A stretch of 62,096 bases of DNA, from assembly GCF_001194135.2 (NCBI RefSeq), contig NC_068989.1, positions 4,696,064 through 4,758,159 on the forward strand. The letters run 5' to 3'. The stretch comes from Octopus bimaculoides. Lineage: Eukaryota. Both the position numbers and the translations under genes were made by a program. Under the pieces are notes generated by a model that worked only from the letters and a program-made list of their open reading frames with translations, ran no database searches and had not been told where the DNA came from. Below, one piece after another: positions 41,100-52,345 of this stretch; within the stretch, counting starts at the first letter, position 1, and each line of letters starts with the position of its first letter.

Positions 41100-41310
41100 C
41101 AGGGTGTCCACAAAGTCTGGGTACATGGAGTAAATAAAATCATAATATAAACAATTAAATATAAGAAATAATAATTTCTTGAAGTATGTGTTAATCCCCA
41201 TGTGGGTACATGGGTAAATAAAATGATAACATAAACGATTAAATATAAAAAATAATAATTTCTTAAAGTATGTGTTAATCCCCATGTACCCAGACTTTGT
41301 GAACGCCCTA
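41100..41310. mobile_element. Tc1/mariner-type MITE with internal tandem duplication
   Basis: TA flanks. The 29-bp TIRs CAGGGTGTCCACAAAGTCTGGGTACATGG and CCATGTACCCAGACTTTGTGAACGCCCTA match at 26/29. The interior is two units of about 85 bp. Confidence 0.88.
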
Positions 41311-41320
41311 TATATGCATG

Positions 41321-41360
<40 letters not shown>

Positions 41361-42266
41361 TGCGTGCATACTGTGAAAAAATTCAATATATACAAGAAGC
41401 AGGCATACACAACACTGGTATATTCAGGTATATATATAAAGTTATTATCCGTTATTATATATCTGTTTTTTTATAAACATAAATCTGTCCTCAAATATCT
41501 TATGCACCCTGTATGTATATATATATATATATATAGATGCATTTGTGAACATAATTAAATGACTTGAGTGCCAGATCGCATTTAATTTTGTTACTGATCG
41601 AGTTCATCTTTTCGTTATTGTGTGATATTTAAAAAGCTGAGTTTGCAATTTTGGATGTGTGTACATGTGTGGGATGTGTGTACATAGTGTGATGAATGTC
41701 AGAAAGGACAAGAGAAGTATTTTGCTAACTGGCTATAAGAACATGTCAGCATTGGTGCCAAATACCAAATTTATCAGGTTTACATTCTCAGCTTGAAACT
41801 GATATCCAGTGTGGTCCATTTTCCCCTTGTCTTTCCTCTTCTCATCTTTCCTGGGTGGTGTTGTAGAAGTGAGGAATAAAAGGGCCAATGCATCGGTCAT
41901 TAGTGGCAAGATTTATAACGGGTGTGATGGTGGCAATGGAAACAGAATTAAAATGTTACAGGGTGGGGTGGGGCTGATTTGTTATTGTTTACTTTATTGT
42001 CTTCACACCCCACAGGGGAAGAAGAGAAGTGAGATGGGGGAAAGAGAAGCTCTTATTTCTTTACAAGCAAGCTATTGGTTTATTTTTGATTTTGGTAGTT
42101 GACTATTTCTACAATTTTACTTTATGTGTCCGGAAATCTTGTGTTGGAGAAAAGAAATGAGGCAGGAGGGCTGTTACTTCCGACGTTCCTTTTGTTTACT
42201 ATTGATTAGAAAATATTTCCGAGCAAGGGATGGGATGCTGGAGGGGAAGGTATGGAGCATCACTGG

Positions 42267-42310
<44 letters not shown>

Positions 42311-42843
42311 CAACAATTTTCATTGTTGTTGTTCTTTATCATCATTATTTTTAATACCTGATTGAGGGTGGTGATTGCTGTCATCAGTGCTGCCAAGTAC
42401 CATCATCACTTTCTTTCTAATAATAGCTTTTTATGAAGAACCATTCTCCTCATTGTTGTCATCGCTATCAACCTCAACACCACCAATACCTCAGGTATAA
42501 CTTCTGTGTCCAAAAACAGCCAGCACAGACCTTGCTTCCTCTACCCCCACAGACCTTGCTTCCTCTACCCCCACTCCCCACTCCATTACACTTCTGCCAG
42601 AAGCATGGATTCAGCTTAATAAAATAGATTTAGCTCTTCTATTCTGGGTTCATCATTTTCTTGTTCTCTCCAGGGGGTTTTCTCACAAGCCACAAGGAAA
42701 GACATCATCAATCAATAAACTGGGATAATCTTCCTGTTTGTTTATATTTTTATTGTTTTATTTTCTATTTTGATTTGGTTTCCAATCTTGTTTTATGTTT
42801 CTTTTATATTTTTATACAGTTTATTTTAAAACATTTTTTGTAT

Positions 42844-42884
<41 letters not shown>

Positions 42885-43720
42885 TATATATATAACATAC
42901 ACACACAGACACACGATTGCACACCAACAAACACATATATTTGTATATGTGTGTATCTGATCATCATCATCATCATCATCCTGAATGATACACGCACACA
43001 TATATTTTTCTCTCTCTCTCATACACACACATACACACACATCCAGACCGCTGTACATATATATTTTCTGCTTATAAAAGTATCTTAAATTTTGCTAGGA
43101 TTTGCTTCCATAAATGATGACTTCTTGCTGAGAACAGAGTTGGGTTATGTTTGTTGGTTTGTTTGTTTTCCTTTTTTAAACTTTGTTGCATTGTTAGGAA
43201 TGATGCTACAAAAAGAAGAGACTTTCTGGTGAGACTTCTTACCCTGTTAGTTGCACTTTACTTCACAGTTAGGTGGTAATGGTGGCGGTAGTATTTCCTG
43301 GAAATGTGATTGTTGTTACCTTGATGATGATGATGATTGTAATATTACTAGCTGCTGTGTGGAGTTTGGATAGAGGTGGCAGAGGAAGTCTTTTCATATG
43401 TCTTCATATCCACACCATACTCTACAGAAACACTGATTCCCCTCTTCCCCTTTGAACCCACATCCCTATCATTCAGATCTCTATCTCACAGTCAGCCACT
43501 TTTAGAAACACATTTCTCCCTTTTGGCTCATAGGCTTGGGCTACTGCCAACATATACAAATAAATTTTGCATGCACACACACACACATGCACATACACAC
43601 ACGCACATGCACACACTTAGACATGAGGTGTAGAATCAGTATAAGCTTGCCAGCAATTTGGTTTCAATTTTGAGTTGAAACATCTGATGCTAATGTCATT
43701 GGTCAAGGTATGCACATACC

Positions 43721-43761
<41 letters not shown>

Positions 43762-43779
43762 GATAATATATAATATGAT

Positions 43780-44090
43780 CATTGTTTTAATGTCCAGTTT
43801 TCCTTGTTTGCATGACTCAGACAGAATTTATTGAGGCAGATTTTCTATGGTTGGATGCCCTTCCTGTTGTCAATTCTCATTTGTTTCCAAGTAAGGTAAT
43901 CCCCATGCCCAGACATGTTCTTACAGAATATTGGAAATAAAAAAATGACAATGCTTGTGACAACAACACTCATTTACAACTCTTATGTGATGCCAAGACA
44001 AGGGGACATTCACACACACACACACACACACACATTTATTTGTCTGTCTATGACTGACTCCTTTTAGTTCCCATCTACCAAATTCAACCC
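43780..44090 (-). mobile_element. SINE C' copy, head largely missing
   Basis: ttttaatgtccagttttcc...gaatttattgaggcagattttctatggttggatgcccttcctgttgtcaa...gatgccaagacaagg(AC)n. Colinear with 32590 and 55770. Confidence 0.75.
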
Positions 44091-44968
44091 AAGGAGTTGC
44101 ACAACAGGATCGATTTGGGAACCAGGTGATTCATGTTCTTATAGTTTGATACGCACTTGTACTGAAAGTATCTAATCTGTTGATGTGTATACAGACACTT
44201 GTAATAGAAACATGTGGAGATAACTAACATGTATCTAGGGATGAATGTAGGTTGATTGGTACCGAGGTGGTATTTTTTATTCTACTTTTTTATACCCTGT
44301 GATAACTGCAATTTCCATATATAAAATGGTTGATGTATGTAAGAAGTGTTCTGTGAAGATTGTAACTTTCTCTGTCTCTCAATAAAATGTTTAAAATGAG
44401 TAGATACAAGAATTTTATGGTTTCCATTTTATAACCTAGTTACCACTGTATTCTCAAATGCATATAGAAACAGGAAGTCTTCGATATATTTAGATTCAGT
44501 CAGCGCATCTTGGAATTAGCCTCAAAGACATTGCATTGACTTTGCATTGACATACAGATGTTCTCAGCAGAGCTCTGAAATGATCAACCATGCTAAAGTT
44601 AGAGGTCAAACAATTATAGGTATATGGTTGTAGCAGTTAAAAAAAAAATCTCATGCTTACACATTCTTTAGGGCTATAACTAAGAGAGGGCTTTTTTTTT
44701 GTCTTTTTCTCTCCAATAGTTGAAGAATATTCTATATATCTGTTAGAATGTTCTTGGAAATTTTCATCAAATTTGTAATATTATTATTTGTATTGGAGTG
44801 GAATACCGAAGTGTTTGGTCTCAAAAAGTCAGTACAGCATAATGATTAGTGACTAAGAAAGAAAATAGTTCAGTGGGCATTTTATGACCATATCTATATT
44901 TATTCAAGCTATATTTATTCTTGTGATTTTCATTACAACAAAAATAATATATCTTAAACACTTCTTTT

Positions 44969-45000
<32 letters not shown>

Positions 45001-45659
45001 CTGTCTGTCTGTCTGTCTGTCTGTGATGCTCTAAATTACACATACACACACACACGTAAATATACATGTATGCATCTATACTACACCTCCTTTTGGTGCC
45101 TTCAGCCACTACTCTCTCTCTTTCCTCTGCTGTACTCTATCTTAAATACCTTTCTTATCTATCATTCTCAATGCCCTCTCATATCTACAGTCATACCCCC
45201 ACTTACTATAGCCCCTTATGTACCTCTATATCTCCCCCTCCACTGCTTCTACACCTTGCACATCATCCCACTACTTTCTGTCCTATTCTCCTTCCTGAGC
45301 TACTCCTATATCTCCCATCTACCATTTCCAGGTATGGGAAATACTGGTATTTCCCATCGTCTACAACATCACTCACTACATCAACCTCCACCTGTTTACT
45401 CCCCACTGACACTCTTATGAAAGTGTCCACTCTCTCATCCCCTACCATGACTCACTGTCAATCTCATTTCTTATCCTCACTCACTTGTACTTTGAGAGTT
45501 TGCTCTAGCACCCCATCACTACATTCATTTTGTCTCCTTCAGCCATGTCCCCCTATCATACTGTAGCCTTTCAACACCAGACGTAGAGCCACTCACCTTC
45601 CCTTCCCAAATACCTTTTCCTAGAAATAAGAGTTTCTTCTTTTGCTTTTTCTTTGTTCT

Positions 45660-45895
45660 TTTTGTCTTGTCAGTTACATGGCAACCTTACTTGTGCTGAT
45701 AGCATGAAAAAAGCACCCAGTACACTCTGTAAAGTGGTTGGCATTAGGAAGGGCAACCACCCAACCAACCACCCACAGAAACCACACCAAAATGACATTG
45801 GTGCAGCAAGGCCTTGCAGCTCACTAGTTCCTGTCAAATTGTCCAACCAATTCCAGCATAGAAAGCAGTTATTAACTGATCATGAATGTGTATGT
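45660..45895 (+). mobile_element. Family D copy
   Basis: cacccagtacactctgtaaagtggttggcattaggaagggc...ccaaccaattccagcatagaaagc. Confidence 0.75.
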
Positions 45896-46199
45896 AGATA
45901 TGATATATTACATTATGTTACAATAGCAGCACTATGTTGTGTTGCTGATGTTTATAGTGCATGGCAAAAAAATGTCTGACTATGAACTAGAATAGATAAG
46001 CTCCTATGTAAAGCTCCAGCTAGGTCTGGCATGAGCCCAAGCACTCATAAAGCAGGAGTGTAACCCAGTTTCCATGCTGTATAAGTGACTGAGATTACAT
46101 TTCCTTCTGAACAGGATCCAGTTTGTGGCAGGGTTAAAATTCCAGTTAGATAAGTGCAAAACTATGGTTTACAACTTGGATCATGCATACTTTTAATTT

Positions 46200-46275
<76 letters not shown>

Positions 46276-48079
46276 ATACATGTATCCACCCTTACACATA
46301 CACCTTCATTCACTCATTCATAAGGTTATCTTATTTCATGTCATAAGTTTTATGTCCCTTAATAATAATGATAATATTCCTTTCTACTATAGGCACAAGG
46401 CCTGGAATTTTACTTTTCCATCTCTACTAATTGCACCAGTCCCACATTCATGTATTTCCTTAATTTTTTTTTCTCTCTTTTATTGTAAGTTAATCATAAA
46501 TATTCCCTTGAAATATTGTAAACTACTTAAGACACACCATGTGAAATTCAAAACCAGTTTTTATTACAAGCAGATTATTATATTTGGTCAAATCATTTCA
46601 ATACATACTAATGTAGCCTTTTCATATATTGTCAGTTACAAATGTATTGGTATTTTTCACTGGAAAATTAATATTTCAACTTGCACTGGGAGATTAATGA
46701 GTCAAGAATTTAATGTATGTTATATAATANNNNNNNNNNNNNNNNNNNNNNNNNNNNNNNNNNNNNNNNNNNNNNNNNNNNNNNNNNNNNNNNNNNNNNN
46801 NNNNNNNNNNNNNNNNNNNNNNNNNNNNNNNNNNNNNNNNNNNNNNNNNNTATATATGTTCTGTGTGTGTAAGTTATGAAGTTTGCTTCCCAGCCATGTG
46901 ATATCATTTTTAGACCATTTGATGGTACCTTGGAAAAGTGCACACACACACTCACTCAGGTCTCTTTCTCTGTATTTAAAGATGTTTCCATCTCCTGGGC
47001 AGCTGATCTCCACAACTATGCATAGTTTATGTTTCCTATCCCAGGCACTGCATACATCCTATTGTATTTGCATTTGGCAGAAATATTGATAGATATATTC
47101 CATCAAAATCCTTGTACTGTAACTTGTAAATGTATGCTATGTCACAGTTCTCTTTTCATTATTTGTCCTAGGGCAATCCTTCCTTTGAGTGTCTTTGTAT
47201 GCTGTTTTAGCAACAACATTATGCCACAGTGATGACATCTGTAATGTCTCCAGCACATATATATGACATATTGGACATTTTCAGTTACATGTTTAGTGGT
47301 TTGAGGGGCTCCACTGTCTCTTTTGTTCAATCGTATTTTGTAGTTAGCTTTCTCTTGTGCAATCCACGAGCAAGCTGTCTCTTGCTCTTAAATTACAGTA
47401 TGCACATTTATAATCATAAAAATGTGTGTGTGTGTTTGTGTGTGTGTGTCTATCCACACAACATTATTACACAGGTGCATTAGAATTCTCTTTCTATATG
47501 CCCCCCCCTCCTCCTGCCTTCTGAATAATATATACCTCATGGTGATTAAAAAGAAAGCAAAGGCAACGTTAATGCAGGTACACACACATATACATACTCT
47601 CATTCCTTGGTGTTTTATTACCTATAGTTGTTAAGATATCTATGAGTTATAACTGTAATTATCCCCTTTGAAATATCGTTATGGTAACCCATAAAGCTAC
47701 TTTCCTTTTCTTGTTTCTATTGTTGTTATGTTTGTAGTTACCAATTGTTTTCTTCTTCTTTCAAGCCTTTACTTTACTTTCTTCATTTCTTTTTTTTTCT
47801 TTTATTAGCATAATCTTCTGAAGGAGCCTTTCCATTTATTGTTTGTTATATGTTATATGTCATTTGTCATGCTAGCAAGAGCTGCCAAATCTCCCTCAAA
47901 TCGCACTTCTACTATCTTAAAAATCAAACATTTTGATAATGTGATCCTAAATATTACTCGATCATAAAAAAAAAGAAAAAAACCAGCAGGATGGTCGTGG
48001 TTGTAATGCTTTTCAGTCTGATTAAAGTTGACCTGGGCCCAAATGCAAACACCACCGCCATTGCTGCTGTTACTACTGT

Positions 48080-48110
<31 letters not shown>

Positions 48111-48799
48111 GTTGCTGCTGCTGCTACTGCTAGTATTTCTCCTCCTACTACTACTACTACCACCACCCCCACTGTTGCCTCCACTACTTCCATAATGTTT
48201 ATTCTAGTTTCTTCTCACAGTAGTGTCTGTTTTAAAACATTTGTTTTATGTGATTACATTGTGCCATTTTCACGTTCCAAGTGGGAGAAAGAGGTGGGTT
48301 GGATTTGAGTTTGCTGGTGGTGGTGGTGATAGTAGTAATGGTGGTGGCTTAGGAAATTGAAGGAAAATATTTAACATTTCCCATCTACCTTTCCACTAAT
48401 CAACCTTGAAGTTCCCTCCTCTCTTGGAAACTACAGTATCAGAGGTGGGACATTTCTTTCTCTACCTCTCTTGACTTTTGTCTCTGTAGCTTTTACACTC
48501 CATGCTTAATGTTAAAATGTGGAGTATGTAGGCTTTATTAAATTACATTCTCAGTTTGGATGAGAGCTGCTTGAGATGTTTTCATTTCTAACCCTTACCC
48601 TGGGTGTTACTAGATTTGCTATACTAGATTAAAAAAATGGAATGGTAAATGCTTTGAAAAACCTTTAATCATAGGTCTACTAGACCAGGACTGACCTGGG
48701 GTTTACAACTATTGTGTGTGTGTGTGGGTGCAGATGAATTGTATCTGTAGATAAATTGTTGTAGATGAACTGTTGTAGAGAAATTCACTGGATTCCGAT

Positions 48800-48995
48800 A
48801 AAATGCACTCTGTACACACTTTAAAGTGGTTGATGTTGAGAAGAGCATCCAACCAAAAAGAATAAAATGAACAAAATCGAACCATACAAGTAAGATCTGG
48901 TTCTTCAACCCATCTTGGAAGGACTATCTTGGACCATGACAACCACCCCAACCCATGCCAGCATGAAAAGCAGATGTAAAACGGTTATGATGTGA
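48800..48995 (+). mobile_element. Family D copy
   Basis: aaagtggttgatgttgagaagagcatcc...ccaacccatgccagcatgaaaagcagatgtaaaacggttatgatg. Confidence 0.7.
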
Positions 48996-49349
48996 TGATA
49001 TATTGTCATTGTGTGACCCAGGTTAGTTCTGATTGAGCAGTTATATAGCACAAAAGATTTTAGCTCAATGACTAGGCAACATTGCAGATCTGTTGTTCCT
49101 AGATATACTATACCACTGGTTAGATGATAACCATACTGCTCAATTTAACTGTGACATATCCTCTAGAGTGCAGTGTGGTAATCTGGACATGTATTTTCTC
49201 CACTGACTAGTCCACTTCTGTTATTTAGTTTCTGTAGTTTACCTGTAGTTTCTTGTGGGAGCTATTATTGGCAGTGAGCATGCTGAACTTAGTCAAAGCA
49301 ACGGCAGATGCTGTTCCTCTGCTTCATATACTGAATATATGTTGTAAGT

Positions 49350-49535
49350 TCAGTTCTATATTTAAGAGATGAGGAATTACGTACATTATTTACATTTGAC
49401 GGCTATTTGTCCTCATCAGGGTTGAAATTTCCCCAAGGCACCTGATGAAGGCTGGAGGGTATATCAGCCGAAACGTTGTGTTAATAACAAACAATATGAG
49501 GACAAATATCCATCAAATGTAAATAATGTAAATGT
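49350..49535 (+). mobile_element. Penelope-like element terminal-repeat remnant with inverted partial repeat
   Basis: A 35-bp inverted repeat (49382-49416 and 49496-49530, 33/35 match) encloses CCTGATGAAGG...CCGAAACGTTG, the hammerhead-bearing motif characteristic of Penelope-like terminal repeats. No ORF is present. Confidence 0.7.
49437..49482 (+). ncRNA. Minimal type I hammerhead ribozyme (predicted)
   Basis: Stem I GGCAC(49437-41)/GUGUU(49478-82). Core CUGAUGA at 49442-48 plus an extra A. Stem II GGCUG(49450-54)/CAGCC(49465-69). GAAA at 49470-73. Palindromic ACGU mini-stem III. GUU cleavage triplet ending at 49477. Confidence 0.75.
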
Positions 49536-50469
49536 GTTGTAAGGTTTCCTATTTGTAAGTAAAGGAGCTGGTACCAGAAAAGTTAGGTTTTGAAGTGAAT
49601 AAAGACTATCAGACAGCTGTGACTGTGGATGTTTTGTAACACAGAGAAGGGGAATTACACAACAGCTGTCCCAAAAGATGCAGAATACTGTTATTTTTAC
49701 CCTTTGTGTGTACATGTTTGTGTGTTTTTGTGTGTGTTTATATAAACATTTCCACAAATGCACTTAAGGTGGTATGATAGAAGTAACTAGGTCATAAACA
49801 AATCAGTGCAGAAGAGTTCTGGTATGTCTTAGTACTGAAGGATTACCCATTATACATTCTCTGTGAAAAACGTAGCAGATCTGCACAAATTTTAGGCATA
49901 CATCTGTATACACACATACAGATGTACGTGTGCATATAGTTGTAAACACACACACACACATACACACACACACAGCTTGAGCTAATACTGTTATTTATAT
50001 TTTTTGACCCAGCTGCATTGGATTTAACATTAAGATCCCAATCTTGAGAAATTTATTTTATTTATTGATTATTATTATTATTATTATTAATCATGTTGTT
50101 GTTAATCTGTTAATTCTGGGCAACCTACATTTAAAGATTACAAGGATTTAATTGTTGCATTTTGTTTTTCTATCATGGTCAACATCATCATCATCACCAC
50201 CACCCATCTTTGTTGTTAGTGGGAAGATGTCTGGCAACAGTCATCTTTGTTGTCATCATCAGTCGTATTATTGCCGTTGTCTTCATTTCTACCAGCATTC
50301 CCATCAATTATTGTCGCATTGATTACTACCTCCATTACAATCATCATCACTATCGTCCTCATGTCGTCATGGTCTTTTTGTGCAGATGTATTGTAGTATA
50401 ATACTGGAGTGCATCATTGTTCACAAGTGGATGTAGTGAAGTATAATGTAGTTACTGCTTAACTCTGAA

Positions 50470-50630
50470 GTCTGATTAGCATGATCTGTGATCATAAGCA
50501 AACCAGCCATGACCATCTCGTCTTTTTCTATATTGAGTACATTCATTTTTTAAAGCAGTAAGATGTAATTTGACAAAGATTTGGCTTTTATTTTGAGCAG
50601 ATCAAGCAACCACATATCAGCTTCCTCGTT
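50470..50630. repeat. Unclassified interspersed family E (representative copy)
   Basis: Motifs ccagccatgaccatc and gatgtaatttga(g)ggagatttggctgctatttctagcaggtc recur near 11620, 18010, 23070 (inv), 23850, 37620, 47870 (inv), 50770 (inv), 52390 and 54460. Confidence 0.65.
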
Positions 50631-50939
50631 GGCTTGTATGGTGTTTTATGAAAGTGTGTGATGTAGTGACAAGATGTTGGTTAAAACACGCTTCGTAACA
50701 GCAACCTTTTCATGTAACTAAACCTACACAGTTACCTTTTCTTAACTACCTCCTAATAATTTGCAAGAGCTGACAAGGGAGCCTCTTTGTGGATGATTGA
50801 CCTGCTACAAAAAGTAGCCAAATTTCACTCAAATCACACTCTACTAGCTCAGATAAAGAAGGATAAAAAGGATAATGTCATGCCTTGTGCCTGTAATTTC
50901 TGTTCTAGGTGAAATGAGTTATGTAAAATTAAGAATATC

Positions 50940-51335
<396 letters not shown>

Positions 51336-51959
51336 GTATATATTATGTTCTGAGTTCAAATATACATACATGGAGTATTCGTCTGTAAAAGTACTTACTA
51401 TATATATACACACTGATGCCTCAATATATGAGTAAATTTGTGTGTGCATGTGTGTATATGCATGTACACACAAAGCACACACACACACACATACACATAA
51501 ATAAAACATCTGCAGTAAATTTGAACTCCAGACAGTCATAAAAATATTTTAAAATCCCTGAAGGCATAGAAAAGTATATCATCATCATGGGTATTAGTTT
51601 TCTACCTGTTACATTATGCTTGCAGAAGCTGGATGGATCTTCTCCAAGAGAATACCCGGCTGTATCTCTTTTTATGGATGTGGCTGTTACAGTTGTTGCT
51701 ATTCTTGTAGATGTAGTTGTCATTGCTCTGTTTAACCCTAGATCAGCCCCATTTGAGCAGACGTTTGATCAACCGTATTCTAGCCATAGCTAGCTCATCT
51801 ATTTTTATATTTTAACCTACAATGTCGAATGTGCCCTTCTTTTCTTTTATGTAATGCACTGTTGTTCAGAAGTGGAATGCAATAAGAATAATGCAAATGC
51901 TTAACCCCCCCCCCCCCCCAAGTTAGCTCTATGATCATTGGTATTCTAGCCTTCACTAT

Positions 51960-52148
51960 TCTTTTACTTGTTTCAGTCATTTGACTGTGGCCATGCTGGA
52001 GCACCACCTTTAGTCAAGCAAATCGACCCCAGGACTTATTCTTTGTAAGCCCAGTACTATTGTATCAGTCGCTTTTGCTGAACTGCTAAGTTACAAGGAT
52101 GTAAACACACCAGCATCAGTTGTCAAGCAATGTTGGAGAGGCCAAACA

Positions 52149-52183
<35 letters not shown>

Positions 52184-52345
52184 GGGCTTCTTTCAGTTTC
52201 CGTCTGCCAAATCCACTCCTAAGGCTTTGGTTGCCGTGAGGTTATAGTAGAAGACACTTGCCCAAAGTGCCATGCAGTGAGACTGAACCTGGAACCATGT
52301 GGTTGGTAAGCAAGCTACTTACCACACAGCCACTCCTGTGCCTAT
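51960..52345 (-). mobile_element. SINE family C, full length
   Basis: The minus strand reads a tRNA-like head (ggctgtgtggtaagtagcttgc...ggttccaggttcagtc), core ggcactttgggcaagtgtcttctacta, a (TG)n tract and tail gactgaaacaagtaaaag. Confidence 0.88.
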
